Below are positions 21,666 to 32,292 of a DNA stretch of 64,000 nt, in pieces. The notes beneath the pieces were generated by a model. That model was not told the DNA's origin. It made no database searches and saw only the letters and a program-made list of their open reading frames with translations. This DNA is from an uncultured Enterobacteriaceae bacterium (lineage in GTDB: Bacteria; Pseudomonadota; Gammaproteobacteria; Burkholderiales; SG8-39), in the NCBI GenBank assembly GCA_964651335.1, contig CAZYVT010000001.1, positions 42,171 to 106,170 of the forward strand. Direction: 5' to 3'. Made by a program: the position numbers and the translations under genes. Each line of letters starts with the position of its first letter. The first letter of the stretch is position 1.

Positions 21666-22600
21666 CCCCAGGGCGAGTAGCCGAACGCCTGCCTGAAGCG
21701 GGCTTCGATCTCGCTTCGCCGGGGGTTGTGGTTTTGGGCGCCGCGCTGCGCGATCTTGATCGCGCCCATTACGGCGCCCAAGCGCCCGGTGGTGGGCCAG
21801 TCCCAGCCGCGCGCGATGCCATACAGGAGCCCGGCACGGTAGGCGTCGCCGCAGCCGGTCGGGTCGAGCACCGCGTCCGCCTTCACGCAAGGGATCTCGT
21901 GGCGTTTTCCCTGGGCGAGCACGATCGAGCCCTGCGCGCCCAGGGTCGCGACGAGCGCCTTCAGCTCGCGCGCAAGCGCATCGAGTGTCTGCCCGGTCTT
22001 CTCCTCGAGCAGCTTGCCTTCGTAGTCGTTGACTGCAAGGTAGTCGGCGAGGCGCACCATTTCGAGCAGCTCCTCGCGCGCAAACATCGGCAACCCCTGC
22101 CCCGGGTCGAACAGAAACGGGATCGCGTGTGCGGCGCATTCACGCGCGTGCTGCAGCATCCCGTCCTTGCCGTCCGGGCCGATGATCGCGAGTCGCGCGC
22201 CGAGCGCGCCCGTCACGTGATTCTGGTGCGAAAAGTTCATTGCGCCGGGGTGAAAGGCAGTGATCTGGTTGTCGTCCAGATCGGTGGTGATGAACGCCTG
22301 TGCGGTGAACTGGCCGGGAACGCGCTTGAGCAGGTCCGGCGCGATCCCCAGTTCGTCGAGGCGTTCAAGGTAGGGCCGGATGTCCTCGCCCACGGTCGCC
22401 ATCACCAGCGGGTCGCCGTCGAGAAGCTTGAGGTTATAGGCAATGTTGCCCGCGGTGCCGCCGTATTCGCGCCGCATCTCCGGGGTGAGAAAGCAGACGT
22501 TGAGAATGTGCAATTGGTCGGCAAGCAGATGGTTGCGGAAGCGATCCGGGAACACCATGATCGTGTCGTAAGCGATCGAGCCGGTGACGAGGATTTTCAT
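21662..22600 (-). CDS. PfkB-family carbohydrate/nucleoside kinase (adenosine kinase-like)
   Basis: 312 aa with the GG motif EYGGTAGNIA and C-terminal DPTGCGDAYRAG. Confidence 0.8.
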   Translation of the reverse strand: MKILVTGSIAYDTIMVFPDRFRNHLLADQLHILNVCFLTPEMRREYGGTAGNIAYNLKLLDGDPLVMATVGEDIRPYLERLDELGIAPDLLKRVPGQFTAQAFITTDLDDNQITAFHPGAMNFSHQNHVTGALGARLAIIGPDGKDGMLQHARECAAHAIPFLFDPGQGLPMFAREELLEMVRLADYLAVNDYEGKLLEEKTGQTLDALARELKALVATLGAQGSIVLAQGKRHEIPCVKADAVLDPTGCGDAYRAGLLYGIARGWDWPTTGRLGAVMGAIKIAQRGAQNHNPRRSEIEARFRQAFGYSPWG

Positions 22601-23368
22601 CTACGGATAGAAGAGGTAGAGACGATAGCCGACCGCGCGCAGCCCGCCGGTGTCAAAATGCAGGCGCAGCGCCGTTTCGGCGCCTGCCGAGATTCCCTGC
22701 GCGAGAATTCCGCCCGAGGTTCCGCGCAGATACTCCGCGGACGCAAGCACGCGCCGCAGCACCGCCTGGTCGCGCTCGTCGGTGAGAGTCAGTTCGAGCG
22801 CCGGGTACTCCTGCGTGAAGGGCGCGCGGTTGTGGATCACCGCGTTCAGCACGATCACGCCCTCGCGCCGGTTGTCGGATTCAAGGTCCGAGGATTCGAT
22901 CGACATCAGGTCGGATCGCCGCGGCAGGTACAGCGTGCAGCCGAGCGATGCGCAGGCCGCCGCGAGCGGCGCGCGCGCTTCGGGAAACAGCACCGCGAGC
23001 TCGGTGCGATAGTGAAACGCACCTTGCATCGCGAGCGCGACGAGTGCGGCGAACGCGCCGATGGTCCATGCAGCACGGGCGCGCGGGGGCGGCGGCGCCT
23101 CTCGCAGGAACTCCGGTACCGCTGGCTGCCCGGACGGGTTCTCCGGCGCGGCCGAATCCGGATCCTGGGCCGGCTCGAACAGCGCAAGCTGTGGCGAGGG
23201 CTCGGAATCGCCAGCCGGTGGCGCAGCGCCTTCGTCGAGCAGGCCGGCGACTCCGTCGAACACCGTTGCGCATTTGCCGCAACGCACTCTGCCGCCTTTT
23301 TGCGCGAGTTGCCCCGTCTGCACGCGGAACGCCGTGCCGCAGGTCGGGCAGCGCGTGACCAGCGTCAT
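22601..23368 (-). CDS. Zinc-ribbon (MJ0042-type) / DUF3426-like protein
   Basis: Trimmed from ORF 22601..23740 to MTLVTRCPTCGTAFRVQTGQL..VRCGKCATVFDG, followed by one TM helix. Usual neighbour of prmA. Confidence 0.7.
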   Translation of the reverse strand: MTLVTRCPTCGTAFRVQTGQLAQKGGRVRCGKCATVFDGVAGLLDEGAAPPAGDSEPSPQLALFEPAQDPDSAAPENPSGQPAVPEFLREAPPPPRARAAWTIGAFAALVALAMQGAFHYRTELAVLFPEARAPLAAACASLGCTLYLPRRSDLMSIESSDLESDNRREGVIVLNAVIHNRAPFTQEYPALELTLTDERDQAVLRRVLASAEYLRGTSGGILAQGISAGAETALRLHFDTGGLRAVGYRLYLFYP

Positions 23369-23934
23369 CGGCACGCGCCGGCGACGAGCGCCCAACCGTC
23401 GCGAACGCGCTCGATGCAAAGATCGAAATTGGGGTCGTACGCGGCAATCACCGGCGCAGCCTGATCTTCGAGCACCCCGCAGAGCGCGATTCGGGCCCCG
23501 GCCCGCGCGCGTGCCGCGAAGAGCGGCGCCAGTGCGATCAGCGGCTGGGCGAGGATGTTGGCTGCGATCACGTCGTAGTCTCCCGGGGGTAGTGCGTCCG
23601 GCGGCGTGACCAGAAGCGCCACGCCATTGGCGCGGGCGGTCGTCGCGCAGGCCTCGAGCGCCTGCGGATCGAGGTCCACTGCTGCGATCTCGGACGCGCC
23701 GAGCTTCGCCGCGGCGAGCGCCAATATACCCGAACCGCACCCGTAATCGAGCACGCGACAGGGGTGAGGAACGTGCCCTGCCCCGTCCTGGGCGCCGTGC
23801 AGCGCAGCTTCCCGCTCCGTCTCGGCGTCGGCATCCTCGATCGTCACGGACTGCGCGCCCAGCTCGAGCAGCGCGTCCGACATCGGCCCGGCCTGCGCTG
23901 CATCCACCTCAAGCGCGATGGCGAGCCAGGGCAT
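23365..23934 (-). CDS. prmA: Ribosomal protein L11 methyltransferase, abnormally short (189 aa, apparent internal in-frame deletion)
   Basis: The ATG overlaps the accC stop (TAATG). N-terminal domain [19 protein letters not shown] joins almost directly to the SAM motif VLDYGCGSGILA. The segment carrying DPGxAFGTGxHPTT is absent. Confidence 0.7.
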   Translation of the reverse strand: MPWLAIALEVDAAQAGPMSDALLELGAQSVTIEDADAETEREAALHGAQDGAGHVPHPCRVLDYGCGSGILALAAAKLGASEIAAVDLDPQALEACATTARANGVALLVTPPDALPPGDYDVIAANILAQPLIALAPLFAARARAGARIALCGVLEDQAAPVIAAYDPNFDLCIERVRDGWALVAGACR

Positions 23935-25292
23935 TACCTCGGCTTCTTGGGTTCCTGCGCGAGCTTCTGCTCGAGGTAATGGATCGACGTGCCGCCGCGC
24001 AGGAAGCGGCTGTCGTGCAGCAGTTCGAGATGCAGCGGGATATTGGTCTGGATGCCCTCGACCACCATCTCGGAGAGCGCAATGCGCATGCGCCGGATCG
24101 CCTGATCGCGCGTTGCACCGTAGGCGATCACCTTGCCTACCATCGAGTCGTAGTTCGGGGGCACGGTGTAGCCGGCGTACACGTGCGAGTCCACGCGGAT
24201 GCCGGGGCCGCCCGGCGGATGGTACGAAGAGATCTTCCCCGGCGACGGGGTGAACTTGTAGGGGTCCTCGGCGTTGATTCGGCATTCGATCGCGTGGCCG
24301 CGCAGTTCGATGTCCTTTTGCCTGAACTGCAGCTTTTCGCCGGCAGCGACGCGGATCTGCTGCTGCACGAGGTCGATCCCGGTGATCATCTCCGTCACCG
24401 GATGTTCGACCTGGATGCGCGTGTTCATCTCGATGAAGTAGAACTCGCCCTCCTGGTACAGGAATTCGAAGGTGCCCGCGCCGCGGTAGCCGATCTTGCG
24501 GCACGCCTCTGCGCAGCGCTCGCCGATCCGGTCCCGCTGCTTTGCCGTCAGCTCCGGCGCCGGCGCTTCCTCAAGCACCTTCTGGTGGCGGCGCTGCATC
24601 GAGCAGTCGCGCTCGCCCAGAAACACGGCGTTCTTGTGTTCATCGGCGAGCACCTGGACCTCGATGTGCCTCGGATTCTCCAGAAACTTCTCCATGTACA
24701 CGGTGCCATTCGCGAACGCGGCCTGCGCCTCCGAGCGCGTCATGCTGACCGCGTTCAGGAGCGCCGCTTCGGTGTGCACGACTCGCATCCCGCGCCCGCC
24801 GCCGCCGCCGGCCGATTTGATGATCACCGGATAGCCCACTCGCCGCGCGATGCGCACGATCTCCTTGGGGTCCTCCGGCAGTGCACCATCCGATCCGGGA
24901 ACGCAGGGCACCCCGGCCTTCAGCATTGCCTGCTTGGCGCTCACCTTGTCGCCCATCAGGCGGATGTTCTCCGGGCGCGGGCCGATGAATACGAACCCGG
25001 AGCGCTCCACCCGTTCGGCGAAATCGGCGTTTTCGGCCAGGAACCCGTAACCCGGATGGATCGCCTCGGCATCGGTCACCTCCGCCGCGCTGATGATCGA
25101 CGGGATGTTGAGGTAGCTCGCGGCTGCGGGCGCCGGGCCGATGCACACCGACTCGTCGGCGAGCTTCACGTACTTTGCCTCGGTGTCGGCTTCCGAATGG
25201 ACGACCACCGTGTGGATGCCCATTTCACGGCAGGCGCGCTGGATTCGCAGCGCGATCTCGCCGCGGTTGGCGATCAGGATCTTCTCGAACAT
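23934..25292 (-). CDS. accC: Acetyl-CoA carboxylase biotin carboxylase subunit
   Basis: 452 aa, [20 protein letters not shown]-grasp motifs throughout. Confidence 0.95.
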   Translation of the reverse strand: MFEKILIANRGEIALRIQRACREMGIHTVVVHSEADTEAKYVKLADESVCIGPAPAAASYLNIPSIISAAEVTDAEAIHPGYGFLAENADFAERVERSGFVFIGPRPENIRLMGDKVSAKQAMLKAGVPCVPGSDGALPEDPKEIVRIARRVGYPVIIKSAGGGGGRGMRVVHTEAALLNAVSMTRSEAQAAFANGTVYMEKFLENPRHIEVQVLADEHKNAVFLGERDCSMQRRHQKVLEEAPAPELTAKQRDRIGERCAEACRKIGYRGAGTFEFLYQEGEFYFIEMNTRIQVEHPVTEMITGIDLVQQQIRVAAGEKLQFRQKDIELRGHAIECRINAEDPYKFTPSPGKISSYHPPGGPGIRVDSHVYAGYTVPPNYDSMVGKVIAYGATRDQAIRRMRIALSEMVVEGIQTNIPLHLELLHDSRFLRGGTSIHYLEQKLAQEPKKPR

Positions 25293-25301
25293 CGTCTCCT
25301 G

Positions 25302-25769
25302 CTACCCGATCAGAAACAGGGGCTGGCCGTATTCGACCGGCTGGCCGTTCTCGACCAGGACCGCCTTGACCACCCCCGATACATCGGTGTCGATCTCGTT
25401 CATCAGTTTCATCGCCTCGATGATGCAGACCGTTTCGCCCATTTTCACCGTCTGGCCGACCTCGACGAACGGTTTCGCTTCCTGCGAGGGCGCTCGGTAA
25501 AAAGTCCCGACCATCGGAGCCTTGACCACGTGGCCCTCCTGCCCGGACGCCAGCTCCTCGGCAGGCGCCGGCATGGCGGCGGGCGCGGGGTGGGGGACCG
25601 ATCCGGGCGGCACGACAGCCGAAAGGACCGGTACAGACCCGGCGATCGGAGACACCGTCGCCTCGCCTTTGACGATCTTTACTCTTTCTTCGCCTTCGGT
25701 GATCTCGAGCTCGGCGATGCCGGACTCCTGGACGAGATCGATCAGTTTCTTCAGCTTGCGCAGGTCCAT
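25302..25769 (-). CDS. accB: Acetyl-CoA carboxylase biotin carboxyl carrier protein
   Basis: 155 aa with the biotinylation motif [10 protein letters not shown]. Confidence 0.95.
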   Translation of the reverse strand: MDLRKLKKLIDLVQESGIAELEITEGEERVKIVKGEATVSPIAGSVPVLSAVVPPGSVPHPAPAAMPAPAEELASGQEGHVVKAPMVGTFYRAPSQEAKPFVEVGQTVKMGETVCIIEAMKLMNEIDTDVSGVVKAVLVENGQPVEYGQPLFLIG

Positions 25770-25807
25770 CAGGTTGCCTCCCCTGCGGCGGATGCCGCGC
25801 GCTGCAG

Positions 25808-26287
25808 CTACGTCCTGGCGAGCGCGTACGCGAGCGCCAGGTCGTACCCCTGGCTGCCGAGCCCGCAGATGGTTCCTACCGCGATGTCGGAAAAAAATGA
25901 CCGCTGCCGAAACGGCTCGCGGGCATGGATATTGGACAGATGTACCTCGATGAATGGAACGCGCACCGCGGCAAGCGCGTCGCGCAGCGCGATGCTGGTA
26001 TGCGTGTATGCCGCCGGGTTGATGATGATGAAGCGCACTCCTTCCCGGCCGGCGCGCTGGATGCGCTCGATCAGATCTCCCTCATGGTTGCTCTGGAAGC
26101 TCTGCAGGTCCGCGCCGGCTGCCTTGGCAGCTGCAACAAGGCGCCTGCCGATCTGAGCCAGCGTATCGCGACCGTAAACCTCTGGTTCGCGCGTGCCCAG
26201 CCGGTTGAGATTGGGTCCGTGCAGAACCAGAATACTGCGCCGCCCCCGCATTGGTATTTTCGACATTTTCGCCGCAGAACGGCGCAT
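25808..26287 (-). CDS. aroQ: Type II 3-dehydroquinate dehydratase (start may be 26266 or 26251)
   Basis: [21 protein letters not shown] and [12 protein letters not shown]. Confidence 0.9.
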   Translation of the reverse strand: MRRSAAKMSKIPMRGRRSILVLHGPNLNRLGTREPEVYGRDTLAQIGRRLVAAAKAAGADLQSFQSNHEGDLIERIQRAGREGVRFIIINPAAYTHTSIALRDALAAVRVPFIEVHLSNIHAREPFRQRSFFSDIAVGTICGLGSQGYDLALAYALART

Positions 26288-26305
26288 TTTAGCCGATTTT
26301 GATCC

Positions 26306-26836
26306 TTATTTCCTTAACAGCTCCGCGAGGGTGGCCTCCAATTCAGGCCGTTTGAGGAGGCCAAGTTTGCGTTTGACCAGGACTCGGTCGCGATCGAGAA
26401 ACACCGTATAGGGAAGCCCCCCTGCGGTATTGCCAAGCTTGCGCAAAAGGTTGAGCGCTCCCGCATCTGCCACTACTAGCGGATAGGTGATCGACACGTT
26501 TTTTGAGAACTCGGCGACTTTTACCGGTAGATCGACGGCGATCCCTACAAATTCGACGCCGGACGAAGCATAACGATCCCGTACCGCGACCAGCATCGGA
26601 ATTTCCTCGAGACAAGGGGGGCACCACGTAGCCCAGAAATTCAGAACCAGGATCTTTGCGTGCCAGTCCGCAAGCGAGCGCGGATTGCCGGCGAGGTCTT
26701 CGAAGGTTGCATCGCGTAGCGCAGCGCGGCCCCCGCCGCCGAGTTCAAGGAGGATCGGGCGAGCGAAGAAACCCGCGGCGGCTGCGGCCGCGGCGACCCC
26801 ACCCAAAATCAAAGCGTCACGCCTGCGGAGTGTCAT
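26306..26836 (-). CDS. TlpA-like thiol:disulfide oxidoreductase (thioredoxin fold)
   Basis: N-terminal TM/signal anchor, and a WATWCPPC active site. Confidence 0.8.
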   Translation of the reverse strand: MTLRRRDALILGGVAAAAAAAGFFARPILLELGGGGRAALRDATFEDLAGNPRSLADWHAKILVLNFWATWCPPCLEEIPMLVAVRDRYASSGVEFVGIAVDLPVKVAEFSKNVSITYPLVVADAGALNLLRKLGNTAGGLPYTVFLDRDRVLVKRKLGLLKRPELEATLAELLRK

Positions 26837-27458
26837 CCTGCGCTACGACCAATGCTCCAACCTCGGCGATGCCGGCACGGTCTGCCACCCGCCCCGCGAG
26901 CGAGGTCTTCAACGCCAGGCGCTCGTCGCGATGATCGAACACCGCGAGCTTGAGCGGCGCGCGTTGCCAGTGCAGCGACAGCACCGCGACCGCGCGCGCG
27001 CGGTCGCCGGAGAAGCGCCGACTCTCGTGCGTTGCATAAGCGATACTGCGGTCCAGAAGATAGAGTTCCACTTCTTTCGGGCTCTGCGGAAAGAGCTGCA
27101 GCTCGATCTCAGCATAGGGTCCTGCGATCCCCTTGAGCACCGATCCGGTGAGGTAGGGATTGAAGCGTTCGAGCGCACGCATTGCATCGAGCGCCACGCG
27201 CCTCAGCTCGGCGATCCTTGCCGGGTGTTCCTCGGCTTGGTAGAGCGATCGGTAGGCGCGCAGCTCGGTCTCGATTTCGTCGTTTCCGGGCAACGCGAGA
27301 CGCCCCTCGATGCCAAGCTGGCGCGCCGCCTTGCGCTTTGCCAGTGCGAAGTCGTCGATTCCGTCCTCCGCCATGATGCGCGCGGCCGCTGCCGCGATCC
27401 GCGCCCTCATGCCGCCCTGCCGCATGCCGTTGCGGCTCATGTCCCCGCTCCTCGCCAT
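26817..27458 (-). CDS. Conserved hypothetical protein
   Basis: 213-aa ORF with protein-like composition, overlapping the downstream gene start by 20 nt. No family recognised. Confidence 0.5.
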   Translation of the reverse strand: MARSGDMSRNGMRQGGMRARIAAAAARIMAEDGIDDFALAKRKAARQLGIEGRLALPGNDEIETELRAYRSLYQAEEHPARIAELRRVALDAMRALERFNPYLTGSVLKGIAGPYAEIELQLFPQSPKEVELYLLDRSIAYATHESRRFSGDRARAVAVLSLHWQRAPLKLAVFDHRDERLALKTSLAGRVADRAGIAEVGALVVAQDDTPQA

Positions 27459-27524
27459 GGCGCCGGCGGATCATAGCGCAGGGGCTCGCGTACAATCGCC
27501 GCCTTTTCGCGGAAAGCGGCCGCC

Positions 27525-28883
27525 TTGCACATCCACATTCTCGGCATCTGCGGCACCTTCATGGGCGGTGTCGCGGCGATCGCCCTACAGGCCGGTCACC
27601 GCGTGACCGGATGCGACGCCAACGTCTATCCGCCGATGAGCGAGCAGCTCGCAGCGCTGGACATCAAGCTGATCGAGGGGTACGACGAGGAGCAGCTCGG
27701 GCTAAGGCCAGATCTCTGGATCATCGGCAATGTGGTCACACGCGGTAATCGCCTCGTCGAGGCGATCCTTGAGCACGGCGAGCGTTGCCAGTCCGGCCCC
27801 CAGTGGGTCGGCGAGCAGATCCTACGCAAGAAGTGGGTGCTCGCTGTTGCTGGGACCCACGGCAAGACGTCCGCGTCCTCGATGCTGGCGTGGATCCTGG
27901 ATCGTTCCGGCCATAACCCAGGTTTCCTGATCGGTGGCGTGCCGCGCGACTTTTCCGTCTCTGCGCGCCTTACCGGATCGACCTATTTCGTGATCGAGGC
28001 GGATGAATATGACACCGCGTTTTTCGATAAGCGCTCAAAGTTCGTCCACTACTGGCCGAGGACCGCGATCCTCAATAATTTGGAGTTCGATCATGCAGAC
28101 ATCTTCTTCGATCTGTCAGAGATCGAGCGACAATTTCACCACTTTATAAGAACAATTCCGCGGTCCGGGCGAATCGTTACCAATGGCAGGGACAAGGCTC
28201 TGAAGCGAGTGCTTACACTTGGATGTTGGACTCCGGTCGATGAATTTGGCGTCCCCTCCGGGTGGGCGGCTGGGCCCCCGGACAACGAGGGAGGCTTCGA
28301 GGTCGCTTGGCGCGGGGACGCGCTCGGGCGCGTGCGCTGGGCAATGATGGGCGAGCACGACCGCATGAATGCCCTCGCCGCCATTGCGGCTGCACGCCAC
28401 GCCGGCGTTGAACCACCGGCCGCGCTGGATGCGCTTGGATCCTTCGGGGGTGTCAAGCGACGGATGGAGGTGCTGGGCAAGGTGCGCGGGATCACAGTGT
28501 ATGACGACTTCGCGCACCATCCGACGGCGATTCGGACCACGCTCGAAGGGCTGCGCGCCCGGGTCGGCAGCGACCGGATCCTCGCGGTGCTCGAGCCGCG
28601 CTCGAATACGATGAGGCTCGGCGTCATGAAGGACGCATTGCCCCCGAGTCTGGCGGCGGCGGATCTGGTGTACCTCTGTACGACGCAGCTGCACTGGGAT
28701 GCAGCCTCGGTATTCCGCGCCGCCGGGCGTCCGGCGCGATGCGAGGTGAGCGTCGAGCCGCTCGTCGATGCACTCGCGCAGGAGGCGCGCGCAGGCGACC
28801 ACGTGCTCATCATGTCGAACGGCGCCTTCGGCGGAATTCACGCAAAGCTTCTCTCCGCGCTCGAGGCGGGACAAGGGCGATGA
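27525..28883 (+). CDS. mpl: UDP-N-acetylmuramate:L-alanyl-gamma-D-glutamyl-meso-DAP ligase
   Basis: TTG start giving MHIHILGICGTFMGG (E. coli Mpl begins MRIHILGICGTFMGG as I recall). Mur ligase P-loop GTHGKTS. 452 aa. Confidence 0.9.
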   Translation: MHIHILGICGTFMGGVAAIALQAGHRVTGCDANVYPPMSEQLAALDIKLIEGYDEEQLGLRPDLWIIGNVVTRGNRLVEAILEHGERCQSGPQWVGEQILRKKWVLAVAGTHGKTSASSMLAWILDRSGHNPGFLIGGVPRDFSVSARLTGSTYFVIEADEYDTAFFDKRSKFVHYWPRTAILNNLEFDHADIFFDLSEIERQFHHFIRTIPRSGRIVTNGRDKALKRVLTLGCWTPVDEFGVPSGWAAGPPDNEGGFEVAWRGDALGRVRWAMMGEHDRMNALAAIAAARHAGVEPPAALDALGSFGGVKRRMEVLGKVRGITVYDDFAHHPTAIRTTLEGLRARVGSDRILAVLEPRSNTMRLGVMKDALPPSLAAADLVYLCTTQLHWDAASVFRAAGRPARCEVSVEPLVDALAQEARAGDHVLIMSNGAFGGIHAKLLSALEAGQGR

Positions 28884-29455
28884 TCGTCTACCTGCACGGA
28901 TTCAACAGCACACCCGCATCGCACAAGGCGCGCACACTGAAGGTGTACATGGAAGCGCGCGGCCTCGGACACCTGTTCACCTGTCCGGCGCTGCCGCACT
29001 GTCCCGCCGACGCGGCCCGCGTGATCGGTGACCAGATCGAGCGCTGCAAGACTACGGCACTGACTCTCGTCGGCAGTTCGCTCGGCGGTTTCTACGCGAC
29101 GTACTTCGCCGAAAAGCACCGCTGCCGCGCCGTACTCATCCAGCCGGCGGTCCTTCCCCACGTGGGACTGCAGGCCTTGCTCGGCCCGCAGCAGAACCTT
29201 CACACTGGAGAACGTTACGAACTTACGCGCGAGCACCTCGCGGGCTGGCGCGCGCTGCTGGTCGAACGGGTCGACCCGGAGCGCTACCTCCTGCTCCTCG
29301 AGACCGGCGACGAGGTGCTCGACTGGTGCGAGGCGGCGCGCAAATACGAGGGAGCGCGCACCGTGATCCGCGGCGGTGGCGACCACACGCTGTTGAGTTT
29401 TCCAGAGCACATCCCGCGGATTCTCGCTTTCGCGGGGATCGCGCCGCGGGCATGA
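28880..29455 (+). CDS. yqiA: YqiA-like alpha/beta esterase (UPF0227)
   Basis: Internal ATG of ORF 28739..29455 makes an ATGA overlap with the mpl stop. MIVYLHGFNSTPAS, nucleophile elbow GSSLGG. Confidence 0.75.
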   Translation: MIVYLHGFNSTPASHKARTLKVYMEARGLGHLFTCPALPHCPADAARVIGDQIERCKTTALTLVGSSLGGFYATYFAEKHRCRAVLIQPAVLPHVGLQALLGPQQNLHTGERYELTREHLAGWRALLVERVDPERYLLLLETGDEVLDWCEAARKYEGARTVIRGGGDHTLLSFPEHIPRILAFAGIAPRA

Positions 29456-31338
29456 ACGTCCTTTACGAGGAAGACGGCGAGTTCAAGGTCGGGACGGTGC
29501 TTGCGCAAAGCGCCGCGTCGTTCCACGTCGAGAGCCCGCACGGACGGCGATCCAAGGTGAAGGCCTCGAACGTGTTGCTGAGATTCGAGCGGCCCTCGGG
29601 AGCCGACCTGCTTGCCGAGGCCCGGCGCTACGCCTCCGAACTCGACACGGAATTCCTGTGGCGGTGCTGCGGTGCGGCCGAGTTCGGGTTCGAGGACCTG
29701 GCGCGCGAGTACGTGGGTCAGGGCCCTGCGCCCGCGGAAGCCGCGGGGGTGCTGCTCAAGCTGCACGCGGCACCGATGTATTTTTATCGGCGCGGGCGCG
29801 GACGCTATCAGGCGGCGCCGGAGGATACGCTCAAGCTCGCGCTCGCCGGAATGGAGAAAAAGAAGCGCATCCAGGAGCGAGTCGCGGCATGGGTGCAGGC
29901 GCTTGCGCGCTTCGAGTGCCCCGAGGAGATTGCGGCGCTCAAGGACGAGTTGCTGTATGCGCCCGACCGGAGCAAGCCCGAAACCAAGGCCCTCGAGCAA
30001 GCCTGCGCGCAAACCGGCCTCAGCGCGCCGAAACTGTTCGCGCGCTGCGGAAGGCTTCCCGACAGCCACGCGTACCACCTGAATCGATTCCTCTACGAGT
30101 TCTACCCGAAAGGGACCGACTTTCCGCCGCACCCCGCGCCCGCCTCAGTCCCGGAGCTGCCGCGAGCGGAAGCGCGCGCGTTCAGCCTGGACGATCTCGG
30201 CACCACCGAGATCGACGACGCGTTCTCGGTCACGCGGATATCGGAGAAGGAGTTGCGCGTCGGCATCCACATCGCGGCGCCCGCGCTCGGAATCGAGCCC
30301 GGGTCGCCGCTCGATGCAATCGCCCGGGAGCGGCTGTCCACCGCCTACATGCCGGGGCAGAAATTCACCATGTTGCCCGAGGACACGATCGGCGCCTTCT
30401 CGCTCGACGCGGGCACCGAGCGCCCGGCGGTGTCGCTGTATCTCGATGTCTCGGTCGAGGATCTTTCGGTGCGCGGCCGGCATTCGCGCCTTGAGCGCGT
30501 GCGGATTGCGGCCAACCTGCGCTACCCGGCGCTCGAAGCAGTCAACGCGGCGTTCGGATCAGGCACCCGCGCAGGGCTGGCGTTCGAGGACGAGTTGCGC
30601 CTGCTGTGGCGCCTGGCGGAGGCGCTGGAGCGAAAGCGCGGCAAACCGAGCACGAATGACGGCGCGATCGATTACGTGTTCCGCGTCGCGGACGGGCGCG
30701 TACGCATCGAACCCCGGCGGCGCGGCGCGCCGTTGGACAAGCTGGTCTCCGAACTGATGATCCTGGCCAACGGCACCTGGGGGGAATTCCTTGCCGAGCG
30801 CGACGTCGCGGCGATCTACCGCGTGCAGTCTTCCGGCAAGGTGAGGTTGAGCGTGCACCCGGAAGCGCACGGCGGGCTCGGCGTGTCCTGCTACGCATGG
30901 ATGACTTCGCCGCTCCGGCGATACGTGGACCTGCTCAATCAGCGCCAGCTCGCCGCCACTCTGTCGGGCGGCCGCCCGCCGGTCGCGCGTAATTCGGAAA
31001 CGCTGCTGGCAGCGCTGCGCGCATTCGAGCTGACATACGCACGTTACGATGAATACCAGCGCGCGATGGAGACGTACTGGTCGCTCCGCTGGCTGCTGCA
31101 GGAACAGGTGCGCGAATCATCGGCCACGGTACTGCGCGAGAACCTGGCGCGCATCGAGGGCCTGCCGCTGGTGGCGCGCGTGCCCTCGCTGCCCGAACTC
31201 GAACCCGGCACGCTGGTGCGGCTCGCTGTCGAGGACGTCGACCTGATCGAGCGCACGGTCCGCTGCGCATGGCGCGCGACCCTCGGTCGCCCCCGTACGC
31301 AGATGAATGGCGGGGACCTCGGGCAGGCGCAGGCGTAA
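29452..31338 (+). CDS. RNB-domain exoribonuclease (RNase II family)
   Basis: Internal ATG of ORF 29326..31338 makes an ATGA overlap with the upstream stop. RNB motifs TTEIDDAFSV and YAWMTSPLRRYVDLLNQRQL. 628 aa. Confidence 0.8.
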   Translation: MNVLYEEDGEFKVGTVLAQSAASFHVESPHGRRSKVKASNVLLRFERPSGADLLAEARRYASELDTEFLWRCCGAAEFGFEDLAREYVGQGPAPAEAAGVLLKLHAAPMYFYRRGRGRYQAAPEDTLKLALAGMEKKKRIQERVAAWVQALARFECPEEIAALKDELLYAPDRSKPETKALEQACAQTGLSAPKLFARCGRLPDSHAYHLNRFLYEFYPKGTDFPPHPAPASVPELPRAEARAFSLDDLGTTEIDDAFSVTRISEKELRVGIHIAAPALGIEPGSPLDAIARERLSTAYMPGQKFTMLPEDTIGAFSLDAGTERPAVSLYLDVSVEDLSVRGRHSRLERVRIAANLRYPALEAVNAAFGSGTRAGLAFEDELRLLWRLAEALERKRGKPSTNDGAIDYVFRVADGRVRIEPRRRGAPLDKLVSELMILANGTWGEFLAERDVAAIYRVQSSGKVRLSVHPEAHGGLGVSCYAWMTSPLRRYVDLLNQRQLAATLSGGRPPVARNSETLLAALRAFELTYARYDEYQRAMETYWSLRWLLQEQVRESSATVLRENLARIEGLPLVARVPSLPELEPGTLVRLAVEDVDLIERTVRCAWRATLGRPRTQMNGGDLGQAQA

Positions 31339-31347
31339 GCGCATAAA

Positions 31348-32289
31348 ATGGCGGCGGTACAAGAGCTTGAGGTGATTTTGCAAGGTACCGTCGCGTTGCA
31401 TTTGCGGCACCCGGTCCAGTTCTGGGACGCGCTCGATCGCCAGTCCCGTGTTCTGACCGTGTCGGTGGTCGTTTCGCTCCTTCTGCATGCGACTGTGCTT
31501 ACGGTTCAGTTCAGGTTTCCGGAGGGGCTGCGCTGGAAGTCGCCGCACCTTCCGCTCGAGGTGATCCTGGTCAACGCCAAGACCCGCGACCGGCCCACGC
31601 ACGCGGAAGCGCTGGCCCAGGCAAACCTCGACGGCGGCGGCAACGTCGATCAGCGCCGCCGCGCCAAGGCGCCGCTTCCCGTGACCGATCCGCGCGAGCC
31701 CGGGCGCAACCTCGTCGAGGCGCAACGGCGCGTACAGCAGCTCGAGGCGCAGCAGCGGCAGCTTCTTGCGCAGGCCTCGGAGGCGCGCTCGAGGGTTCCC
31801 GTGGAGGCGCCCGAGCCGGCGCCCGCCGAGCAATCGGCCCCGCAGGTCAGCGGGCGCGACCTCGCCGACCTCTCGCTTGCCGCGATGCGCCTTCAGGCAC
31901 AGATTGCGAAGCAGACCGACGACTACCAGAAGCGCCCGCGCAAGCGTTTCATCGGGGCGCGCGCGACCGAGTACCGCTTCGCCCTGTACGAGGAGGGCTG
32001 GCGCGCAAAAATCGAGCGCGTCGGCACGCTCAACTACCCGGCTGAAGCGCGCGGCAAGCTCTACGGCAACCTGCGGCTCACCGTAACGCTTCGCCCGGAC
32101 GGCTCGATCGACAGTGTCGAGCTCGACCGCTCCTCCGGCCTGAAGGTGCTCGACGAGGCCGCATTTCGAATCGTGCGGATGGCTGCGCCGTTCGCCGCCT
32201 TTTCGCCCGACATCAGCAGGGACACCGACCTTCTGGTCATCACCCGGACGTGGTTTTTCGCCCAAGGCGACAAGATCTGGACCGATTAG
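31348..32289 (+). CDS. TonB C-terminal domain protein
   Basis: N-terminal TM helix, a charged/Pro-rich linker, and a C-terminal TonB fold (YPAEARGKLYGNLRLTVTLRPDGSI..VLDEAAFRIVRMAAPF). Confidence 0.7.
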   Translation: MAAVQELEVILQGTVALHLRHPVQFWDALDRQSRVLTVSVVVSLLLHATVLTVQFRFPEGLRWKSPHLPLEVILVNAKTRDRPTHAEALAQANLDGGGNVDQRRRAKAPLPVTDPREPGRNLVEAQRRVQQLEAQQRQLLAQASEARSRVPVEAPEPAPAEQSAPQVSGRDLADLSLAAMRLQAQIAKQTDDYQKRPRKRFIGARATEYRFALYEEGWRAKIERVGTLNYPAEARGKLYGNLRLTVTLRPDGSIDSVELDRSSGLKVLDEAAFRIVRMAAPFAAFSPDISRDTDLLVITRTWFFAQGDKIWTD

Positions 32290-32292
32290 GGG

